This document shows, piece after piece, positions 51,810-63,053 of a stretch of 64,000 nt of DNA (the first letter of the stretch is position 1; each line of letters starts with the position of its first letter). The position numbers were made by a program, and so were the translations under genes. The stretch is from Paragordius varius. Its lineage: Eukaryota; Animalia; Nematomorpha. The notes under the pieces are model-generated. The model was not told the DNA's origin. It did not search any database and saw nothing but the letters and a program-made list of their open reading frames with translations. Where the stretch lies: NCBI GenBank assembly GCA_964247055.1, contig OZ176054.1, positions 13,082,001 through 13,146,000 on the forward strand. The letters run 5' to 3'.

Positions 51810-54800
51810 ATGGTTATATTAATTGATTCTGGCGTTAATAACCCAATAAATTCAGCTTTACAGCAAAAATTTAACAAGCCATGTAAATTGGAGCGTCAGC
51901 TGAAAAATTCCTTAATTCAATCTATCCTTGATTCCGACATTGATTTTGTGCTAAGCAAAGAACAATATTCTAATTCGTTACAAAAATTAAAGTTTTATCA
52001 CTTTCTTAATATCCATTTTAGGAGCAAATATGCATCCCTTCCCAATTTGAAAAATAGTGCCATATGTTCAACTTCTCAGTCGTGCATGAATATCCAAAGT
52101 TTTTAATTATTTTTAACATTATGCAAATTTTTGACTAATTGCAAATTGGATATAATTATTTGTAAATTTTATTAAGACAATGCCTAAAATTAAATATTTG
52201 TAATAAATGATAATTAACGCTATTTTGGCTAAAATATTTTTATTAAATATTAAAAGTATATTGTATTATAAAAAAGCTTCTTGTAGAATTTTAAGTTAAT
52301 GATTAAAAAGGTTTAAAAGCCGAATGACAGCTAATTTATAATTATCAAAATATAACTCTCAAAATATAGTTAAAACCACTGTCAATTTAATAAATCTTAT
52401 TTTTTAAATATTTTTTTATATGACGGTTAAAAACTGTATTCATTTTTTTAGATAAACATTTGTATATGCGCCTAAAAGCCTAGTGAATCCATAATTTAAA
52501 AACTTTAATAATATCCTGGATTATTTGTTGATTATTTATACACACACATATTATTTACGATTCAATTTTACCCTTAAACAATTCAAAATCACAAATAAAA
52601 TTTTGTTTTAAATTAAAATTATACTGAAAAAATAATAAACCATGCCATAAAGATAGATACCTTTTATATTAATAATGAGTTATATCACTTCGAAAACACA
52701 TTATTTATTTTCAGGGTGAATTTGAATTGTTCGAAGGTGAATTTGAATTGTTCGAGGGTGAATTTGAATGGTTCGAGGGAAATTTGAAATGTTTAAGGGT
52801 GAATTTGAAATGTAAATGGTATATATATATATATATATATATGACATTGCCCAAAACTCAATAATAATTTACTTAACCTAATTTATAATATCCTCTAAAG
52901 TCTCATTAAAAAATTGAAATAAATAATTCATGTTTTAGGTACATCTAACGGAACAATCACATCTACCACTAATCATCCACACTTTAATAATGTTGCCAAG
53001 AATTCTAATTCTCAAAATTCTGCAAATTCAAATGATGGAATCCCTCAACCCGCTTATATTATATTCCCTTCAGAACAAGTTGAAATGTCCTGGTCACCTG
53101 GTGTTTTTGGAGGAGGGCAAAATAATTTCTCCCCTGTTGGTTCAGGCCTGGCTAATTTGGGTAACACGTGTTACCTTAACAGTACACTCCAATGCTTGAC
53201 TTATACGCCACCTTTGGCAAATTATTTTGTCAAACAGACGACGACATCAACGGCCCAAAACCATGCACAGAAATGTATGATTTTATTTGTAATTTAAAGA
53301 TTTTAAGATTAAATAGTTTTTTTTATAAAAAAAACTTTTTATAAGTCGGGGTTTGAATAATAAATGACCAGATAACTGCATTTAATATTAATATTATATT
53401 TTGGGTAATGTACTGGAGAATTATTAAAATTGATGATTATTTACTGCATTTTTTTATTGAGAATAATTGTCAATTTTTACATTTTTACACCCCATGAATG
53501 GTCTATGTTTTTTTAGCTGCTAATCAGAATCTAATTCCAAAAACTTATTATGCAAAAAGTTTTATATTACCGAACGATTTTGAGAAAATGTCTTTTGTTT
53601 CATTTTTATGCACCGACAAGTTTAGGACTGATTTAAAAATCATAGAAACATTGATTGAATGGTTCTGGTATTTTTCTATGAATATAACCATTTTCTATGT
53701 GCGGTTTATTTTTACAAATAGTTAAATTCCAAGATTATATATTTGTTGGTAAAATATTTTTAAAAACTTTTTAAAATGATCAAACTAAAACATTTCAATA
53801 TTTTTTGTTTCTTATATTGATCAAAAAATATATCAGGTCACATCCAGGGATTTTGTGCGGAATGCGAGATTGGGAAACACATAAAATTGGCTCTTTCACG
53901 TGCCTATCAAATCTACAAACCACTCAATATTGTCCAAAATTTGAAATGTAAATATTCATTAGAAAAACAATTTTTACAGCATCAATCACCTAAATTAATT
54001 TTGAGAAGATTTTATTGATAAAATATTGAATATACAAATCCGTTTTAACCTATTGATTAGTTAGCTACCTTTTTTGGAATCCAAATTTATTTTAAACGAA
54101 ATATTAAAAAATAAATTGCGATAAAAATTAGTTTATGTTAATCAATATTCTAATTTTTTTAATTTATTTAAAGTTGCATGTGCCTTTTATATTTCAAAAC
54201 TAAAGTATTTTAATGGTAAAAAATTTATCTTTTATAGTAATACTTATTCACAAAGTTTAATTTTTTATGTAAAAATAAAATTGAATGAATAAAACCCTAA
54301 AAACTTTTTTATTAACATCATTATTCTCCCCCAGTAAAAAAATTTATATTTATATATATAAATTTCTTAGGTATTGCTAAGCATTTTACACCCTATCGCC
54401 AAGAAGATGCCCACGAATTTTTCTTACACATTCTAGAAGCTATGCAAAAGAGTGGTCTTAATAGATTCAACAATAACTCTAAATTAGATCGATTTAGTAA
54501 GCATACAACACTCGTGCATCAAATCTTTGGCGGGTATCTCAGGAGTCGAGGTTTAGAAATTTTAGTTAATTCTCTGAGAAAATAGTTTTGATCAAATAAT
54601 TTTTTTATAACTAAATTTGGGTTTTTTATCTATATTTATATATATATATTGGTTTGGTTTTTCTTTAGTGACAGTTTAAAATCTTTGGCGGGTATCTTAG
54701 CAGGTTTAACAACTTTTATATGAAATTTTATTTATTTCTCTGAGAGAATAGTTTTGGTTAAATAATTTTTTTTATATTCTAAATACGAATATTTTTACTA

Positions 54801-57187
54801 GATTTATATATTGGTTTGCTTTTTCTTTGCTAAAAATTAAAAATATTTTGTGGTTGCTTTAGGGGTCGAGGTTTATCACTAAACAGAGAAATTTTATTTA
54901 ATTCTCTGAGAGAATAGTTTTTATTAAATAATTTTTTTATAGCTAAATATGGATTTTTTTACATTTATATATTTTGATTAACTTTTTCTTTAGTAAAAAT
55001 TGAAAATCTTTTGCGGGTTATCTCAGGAGTCGAAGTTTAACAACTTTGTGAAATTTTTTGATAGCTAAAAACGTGGGGATTTTTTAGTTAAATATGGATT
55101 TTTTACATTGGGATAACGGATATTTTTACTAAATTTATATATTGGTTTCTTTAGTGAAAGTTGAAAATCTTTTGCAGCGAGGTTCAACAACTTTTTTGTG
55201 AAATTTTATTATAGCTAAAAACGTGGGGATTTTTTAGTTATATATGGGTTTTTACATTGGGAATACGGATATTTTTTACCAAATTTATATATATTGGTAT
55301 GGTCTTTCTTTGGTAAACGTTTGAAAATCTTTGTTGGTTGCTTCAGGAGTCGAGGTTTTTTTTGAAATTTTATTTTACTTAATTCTCTGAGAGAAAAGTT
55401 TTGATTAAATAATTTTTTTACTATTGAAATAGTATATTAACAAATTTTTTAACTAGTATATCAAATCTTTGGCGGTTATCTCAGGAAGCGAAGTTTAACT
55501 TTTTTAATAAATAGAGAAATTTTATTATAGCTAAAAACGTGGGGATTTTATAGTTAAATATGGGTATTTTATATTAGGAATAATACGGATATTTTTACAT
55601 TTATCATATTTTGGTTTGGTTTTTCTTTGGTAAACGTTTGATATCTTTGTTGATTGCTTCAGGAATTGATGTTTAACTGTTTGAAATTTAATTCTCTGAG
55701 AGAATAGTTTTGATCATATAATTTTTTTATAGCTAAATATGGATATTACTAAATTTATATAAGAGAATAGTTTTGATCATATAATTTTTTTATAGCTAAA
55801 TATGGATATTACTAAATTTATATAAGAGAATAGTTTTGATCATATAATTTTTTTATAGCTAAATTTGGGTTTTTTACCTATATTTATATATTGGTTTGCT
55901 TTTTCTTTAGTTAACGGTTAAAAGTCTTTGGCGGGTATCTCAGGAGTCGAGGTTTATTACTAAACAGAGAAATTTTATTATTTAAAAACTTGGGAATTTA
56001 TTATAATAAAATATGGGTTTTTACATTGTGAATACGGATATTTTTACTAAATTTATATATATTGGTTTGGTTTTTCTTTATTGAAAATTTAAAATTTTTG
56101 GCGGGTATATTCAGGAGTCGAAAATTTTTTTAATTCCAAAACAAAACTATTATAAAAATTGAAATTATATTTAACAGACAACAATAAAAATATAAAGATA
56201 CAGTCATGGATCCTTTCTAGAAAGTTATTACTTATTGCCAAATAGTATCGTATATAACAAAGAGGAGTATTATGGTTAATTAATTTCACTCATTTTTAGC
56301 CAATAATAATTCTCTTTTCTGCTATTTGGCAATAATTTATAACTTTCTAGCAATATGTTAAAAAAGTTGGGAATGGTAATTCTAATTAATTTAGTAATTT
56401 CCAATTATTTTAAACATTAATTTTAAGTGGAAGGGTTAGTTGTTAGTATATTTATATTATACTTAAACACATTTTTACCAGATAAGATTTTCGACGCCCT
56501 TGCCCCACACTTTTTTTACTTTTTTATTTAATTTGATAATATTGTTAATATCATAGAGCTCTTGGTTTTTTTTATTTTTAACTAATATCTATACTTATAG
56601 GAAAAATAATTTTTGATAAAATATAGGATACATTACTGTAATATTATTTTTTAGGGATCACCATACTTTTTTATGTGATTTAATAGAATATAACTCTTTG
56701 ATTTTAACTGCAAAATAGATTATAGAAATGTTAATTGGTACAGTGATTTATAAATTTTGCTATTGTAATTTAATGGCTTATGTAGCAAAAATTAAGGTTT
56801 AAAAGATATAGTTGCTTTTTGAGAAATAAATGATGTCAATTATACTATTTATCTATATATTCATTTTTACTGTAAATTACGAGAATTTGAATGAAATTTT
56901 ACATATTTCTGCTTTTTATAGCCAAAACTTAGTTGAATTTCAAAAAAATTCTGTTAAAATATATATCAATCTAAATGAAAACATGGTTGTAAATGCCTTT
57001 TTTGAATATTTAATCTAAATAATATTTAATATATACCATTTTTAAATGATGTATATAGTTATTTGTCAAGTGTGTAAAACTCCGAGTGACTGTTATGATC
57101 CCTACCTCGATATCAGTTTGGATGTCAAAGTAACCTCCATATTATATATTTATAATTTTTTTACGTTTCAGTTTTGAACAAAGTCAG

Positions 57188-57226
<39 letters not shown>

Positions 57227-60200
57227 TGGAATTATACTATGGACAAAACGTAAAAATATATGGACAAATATTATATTCCAAAAGACAACTCTATTTTTTT
57301 AAAACCTTAATTAATCTTGATTGTGTTACCAATTTACATTTCTATATTATACTTTTTTAGTTTAAAACAATGAGTGATATTTAACACTTGGATACAACAC
57401 ACTCATTTTAGTCCTTCGATTCAAATTGGGGTAGTTGGATACCCCAGGCCTGTTTAAAATCAAATACTTTAAAGAGTATGGAAGGAATTGAAACCATGAC
57501 AAAATTTTGCACTTATCTAACATTAATAAACCGAAATATATAAAAAATTTTATTCAAAAATAATTGATATTACTTATTTTGAGCTAAAACTAAAAGGTAA
57601 AAATTTAGTCAACGTGACATGTGTCAAATTGTAAAATTAAAAAATAATACAAAATAAACCGCTTTTTCTATTTCTATCAATGCTAAATGTAATTTATATA
57701 AAAAATAAGCTTTATTTTAACCCTTAAAATTAAATGAAGACGATATTTTGCAAAATTTTTGTAAAATAAAATGGCGTCGAAGTAGTTTGAGATGGAACTT
57801 TTTTTTCAAAACAAAATTTTATCAAGATATTTTGGCATATTTATATAATATTTATCAGGATAGAAGCATAAATTTAAATTGGGACCGTTTCCTTCAGTAG
57901 TGTTTTAAAAATTTTAATTTAATCATAGTCTGGGGTATTTAGATACCCCAATTTGAATCGAAGTGTTAAAAAAACATTAAGATTTAAAAAATATGGTTGT
58001 GTTTTAAAAAAAAATATTTGTCTTTATATATTTATATTTTGTCCGTATAATTTCAATTTTACTGTAATATATATATATATATTCAGTCATATTTTATCAT
58101 ATTATTATGCGTTTTAAATTATTGAGTATAACAAAAAATGAGAATGAAAAAAACTACAACTAATTTTTAGATTTTTACGCTGAAAAAAAAAACAATTTAT
58201 TTAAGAAAGTCATACAATACTAACTATATACATATGCTTTTTATACTTATCATTCAAATTTCACTTTAATATACAGTTTTATCTCTAATTAAATTTTGTT
58301 AACATTTTATGTCTTTTTCTTTTATTTTGCAGGGTACATTTAACATGCACAATGCCCTCAAAAAATTCACTAGTCCTGAACTTATTCAAAATGAAAATGC
58401 TTACAAGTGTGAAAGGTAATTACAGTTATGTATCCTTTTATTTTATCAAAAATTTATTTTTTCTGGGTATAAATATTTGGTAAAGAATGGACAAAACAAG
58501 TGGTAATTTTTAAACTTTTTTGATGAATATGATAGATATTGTTAATACCATAGAGCTCTTGTTTTTTCCATTCTTTACCAAACTTAAACTAAAAAAAATA
58601 TAAATTTTTGATAAAATAAAAGTTACATCACCGTATAATAAAATTGTATTTAGGTATTTATTTAAGGATAGAGAAATTTATCTAGTTTAATTAAACATTC
58701 TCATAGGTTAATAATTGGAATGCAAATATTATCAGCAAAGTTGTTATATGTCTTATGTTCTGTTTTTTAATTATATTATATAGTGTGCGTGTTTGATTTA
58801 TATAATTAAGTATGCAAATGAATATGGAAAACAATATTTTAATTATGCCATTTACAATTAAAATTCACCCTCAAATTTATGTGTTTTTTAAGCACAAAAA
58901 CTACCTATATTTTATAAAAAATAAAATTTTGTTTTAAATTAAAATAATACTCAAAAAATAATAAACTATGCCATAAAGATATATTTCTTCATATTAATAA
59001 TGAGTTATATTAGTTTAACACATAATTTATTTTTAGGGTGAATTTCGATTGTTCAAGGGTGAATTTGAACTGTAAATGATATATTTTTTGTATATCAAGG
59101 ATAATATCTATAAATTTTTAACCTAATATTTTTTTTTAAAACCGTAACAGTTAGGAATGTATTATATTGAACACAGCACCCTTTTTTTTCCGTTAAGGAA
59201 AAAAATATATATACTCTTTACTGTATAAATATATGCTGCTATTGTCAGTATTCAATAGATTACTATCCTATACTCTATAGTATAAAATGGTAAAAAACTA
59301 AAAATTATACTATATCTTATATGCTTTATTCTTTTCTCACTTCAGTTGTAAACGGATGGTAAGTGCTACAAAGCACGTTAACTTACATCGATTGGCCCGC
59401 GTTAATGTATTCCACCTTAAACGCTTCACCAGTTCTGGCATGGGAAAAATTACGCAATTCTTCCAATACCCCGAAACGATTGATCTCGCCCCCTACCTCA
59501 GTAGCTCTACAGCTGTTGTTGGAAATCATAAAGTTCCTTTAAACAATACAAACGCAAATGTTGCTACAACATACAGTTTATATGCTGTTTTAGTTCATTC
59601 AGGTTCCTCAACCAAATTTGGTCATTACTTTTGCTTCTGTAAGGCACAGAATGGATCCTGGTATCGACTTGATGATGCTAATGTAAGATATTAAGGTTTT
59701 TGGGTTTTTGCTGATTAAAGAATTTTCGATTGGGTTTCTTTTGGGTTTTTTGATTGAAAAAAATGCATTATTATACAATAAATTTTGGGTTTTGCTGATT
59801 AGAAAAATGCATTATTATGAAGTAAATTTTGGGTTTTTAGATTTCCTAGATATCGAAAATTTTACACTTTTTAAGATAAGATTAGATTACCTTTGAAGGA
59901 TACAAATTAACCCTAAAAGTGAATTGTGTTAAGCTTTAAGTATATAAATATCTAATTGGTTCTAAAATATTTGCTAAATTTTCTTATTTTCCAGTTTTTT
60001 ATCTGATTTGCATTAGGAGATTTTTAGAATGAGTATTAATAATTTAAATTACTCGCTTTGTATAAATTATTAACTCTAGATAAAGATATCAAAATTTTTT
60101 AATTAGGTATCAATAATTATACGGACTATGTATTTTTTAGGTAACACCAACTTCCTTACAAAAAGTATTGAGCCAAGAAGCCTACCTCCTATTTTATATA

Positions 60201-62870
60201 CAGGATACTAAGGTTTGATAGTTTTTCAAAAATTGTTTTAAAAAAATGCTTATTTGATAAAAAACAGCCCAATACAGAAAAATTTGAAAAAGTTGTACAC
60301 TGAAAACTAAAATTTTACGGATAAAACGTAAAAATATAAAAACATATATTTTTTTCTCATATAATTGATTTATTTACCATTATAAAATATATAATTGATT
60401 GTCTTATTAATATACATTTCTATTTTATACTTTGATGTTTAAAACAATGAGATATATTTATAAAAATTAAGATTTAAAAAGTATGGTTGTCTTTTAAAAA
60501 AACACATGTCTTTCTTTATATTTTTACGTTTTGTCCGTATAAATCCAAGTTTCTTTGTTTTTAGAGTTTAAGTTTTTCGAATAAGTTTAAGACCGTCGAT
60601 TGTTTCTTTTATGGTTTGCCTTTTTATTTTTACAAAATATTGTAAATTGTATTTTGGGTTGTGCAATATGGAAAGGATTGTTCAAATTTTTTGGGATATA
60701 TAGAAAAATCAAAGAATTTAATATCATACGCTTTGCAAAATTTTACTTTTTCAAAATATGTCACGGTTTTAATTCGAAAAATAAATTTATATGTACTTCG
60801 CATCTATTTTAAACCTCTGCTGTAATATATTTCTTATAATTGAATATTTTATATAGCGAACCACAAACCAAAACATATTTCAAACTATCCCCAATGGTAA
60901 TTTACATTCATCTCCGCCATCATTATGTAACCTCAAACAACAACAGAATTTACCCTCAAAAATGTCCCCAGGTCCAAATTTAAAGTTAGGACTTGTTCAT
61001 AAAAATAGTGGAAACGCAACAAGCGGTAATAGCAATATATATGTCATAAAACCTTCAACCGAACCCAAACAGAATGGGTCAAATAATCTATCTTCTTCTG
61101 TGCATCGATTACAAGAAAAAAGTAGGGAATTATATATGAATATTTAAGGCAGGTAATTTTTTCTGGTAGTTCTTTGCCAATCAAAAGGATTTTTTAAGAA
61201 GATTTGTTCAGGGAAATTATTTTGGGCTTATTTTTGCAAATTGTCAAATATGTATTTATTGGGCAATATTCCTGGCTTTGTGTTGGACACCGCCTGATTT
61301 TAACTTTTTTTCAAAGTTTTTATACATAATTAAGGATAAATAGGCGAGATTACCTACCATCTTTTGTATGCTTTTAATTTTTTAAACCACTTATTGTATA
61401 AAAAAGTGCTTTGTAAAATTCCAAGTTTAAGCCTTTATGCATGGTTAATATGTTTAAAGTTTAGCAATTAACATAACTTAAAGTGGGTAGTTTAGTTTTT
61501 TCCTATATAATTATTCAAGCAGTTATTGTTCCAACAATTTAAGACCACCACCAGTTTTAATACCAAATTCTTAACATGGTGGTATTATTATGTATTTTTC
61601 TATATCTTTTTTTACATTTTCTCGATAGTTATCCTCAAACGGTCAACGGATACACCAAATAGTATTATTCCTAAAAGCAACAATATTAACAATCCCCCCT
61701 TCGTAAACACCTTTAAATTTTTACCCGCCACCAATGCCCAACAAAAACAACAAAACTCCAGATTTGAAAATGGTGACAGAAAAAATTCTGATAAAACCGC
61801 CCCCATTATTTCTGGTGATAAAAAAATTTTGGTTCCCTATGAAGAGTCAGGAACGTCGTCGTCCCATTCTTCTGATTCATCGCCAGAATCAAATTTTTTA
61901 CATTCTAAGAACTGCTCTGATATCAAAAACTTAAATTGTAACTTAAATCATTCTAATAACTCTATAAAGACCAATAAGTTTAGTGAAAATTCTTTTAAAG
62001 ATTCCCAAAACTGTGTTTTAAAAAACGGAGTAGGTAATATCGTGTCTGAGCATGATTTGAATCAAATCCCCCTGCCTTGTGAAAACGCTAACGAAAATAG
62101 CAAAAACGAATTGAAAGATACTCATCAACAGTTTTCACCCATAAAAATTGTGATTAAAAAAGTAAAAGACCCTTTAATTTCTAATGCCAACAATAGCAAT
62201 ACCTTACATAAAATTGTTGCAATCACATCGAATGATCTGCCTTCACAAAACAAAAATGTTAATAAAATTCCTAACAATTATGGACCCGAAATTAACAACA
62301 TTGAAAATACTTCTAAACAATCATCCTTTAAAAACAAATTTATCAATTTGGTGAAGAGTAAAAATCATACCATACATAAAACAAAAACTAACGAATTCTC
62401 ATTTGCTGATAAAAAATTGGCCTCTAATGAAAACATTTTTACCAATTTCAATGAATCCAGTAAGGAAAATAAAATACCGCCTAAAAATAAACTTGATTGC
62501 ACGGATTCGAAATTAAATTTGTCTAGTTCGATCGCATATGTTAATAATACCCCAATGACAAATGGTTCAACGAATTTATTTCAATCTTTTAATGTTGTCT
62601 CACCACACAAAAAACGTAAAAATGGACAGGAAACAGAATTAAATACTATAGAAACAACAAAACATGACAATATTAATTTGTCTCAAAATGAGTTCAATAA
62701 TAGGAAATCCTTGGAAAAACTTAATAAAAAGAAAAAGAAACATAAAAAATTGAAAATGGTGGCAGAAAATAATGCAAGTAAGCTTGACAACACGCCTTCG
62801 CCGATCGCCATCGCAAATACTGCCTCTAAGAGTATAAATATGCCAGAAAACTCATTGGGTTTAAATACAG
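51810..62870 (+). CDS. USP36: Ubiquitin-specific protease USP36/USP42 (scrawny-like), probably 3'-partial
   Basis: Exons 51810-51991, 52022-52098, 52939-53274, 53837-53947, 54371-54550, 57059-57129, 58333-58415, 59346-59682, 60141-60212, 60857-61121, 61629-62870 (donor CAG|GTTTAG; read-through stops at 62881). Cys box [36 protein letters not shown], His box [18 protein letters not shown]; N-terminal LQKLKSKY; long low-complexity C-terminus with [10 protein letters not shown]. Confidence 0.9.
52555..52819. mobile_element. CCATTTAC-subfamily element
   Basis: Right arm has 4 units of the 21-mer and ends TGTAAATGG|TA(TA)n; left end degenerate. Confidence 0.75.
54524..56125 (+). repeat. Tandem array carrying ~9 copies of the USP36 exon 5 3' end and donor
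   Basis: AAATCTTTGGCGGGTATCTCAGGAGTCGAG|GTTT variants near 54680, 54845, 55005, 55165, 55326, 55463, 55640, 55925, 56090; also three ~60-bp GAGAATAGTTTTGATCATATAATTTTTTTATAGCTAAA units at ~55700-55865. Confidence 0.85.
57219..58064. mobile_element. CAGT-family MITE interrupted by piggyBac-type MITE copy A
   Basis: Left arm (GGACAAAACGTAAAAATATA) follows a (TA)n tract; right arm ends TTTTACTG|TA at 58064; the two halves rejoin across the TTAA site. Confidence 0.8.
57385..57965 (+). mobile_element. piggyBac-type MITE, copy A, nested in a CAGT-family MITE
   Basis: TTAA|CACTTGGATACAACACACTCATTTTAGTCCTTCGATTCAAATTGGGGTA ... TACCCCAATTTGAATCGAAGTG|TTAA; 581 bp, no ORF. Confidence 0.88.
58848..59079. 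mobile_element. CCATTTAC-subfamily element
   Basis: CCATTTACAATTAAAATTCACCC ... GGGTGAATTTGAACTGTAAATGA. Confidence 0.75.
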
Positions 62871-63053
62871 GTTTAGTTTAATATATTTTATCCTGAAATT
62901 TCAATTTTTGAAACTGTTATTAGTGTTTTTAAAAACGGCTCTCTTTATTATCTCGGGACTCTGATATACTTAAGAAATCCTGTGAAAGTTGTTTCTTAAC
63001 GTTTATTTTTACTTAAAAGTTAATAAATCAATATTGTAATTTTATTTAATTGA

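Noticed and set aside
56530-58670. Two related ~130-bp segments (near 56530 and 58505) containing ATTGTTAATA.CATAGAGCTCTT
   Set aside because: Probably another dispersed repeat, but no termini or TSD could be defined.
61612-61934. Short ORFs overlapping the large USP36 exon
   Set aside because: Alternative-frame or antisense shadows.
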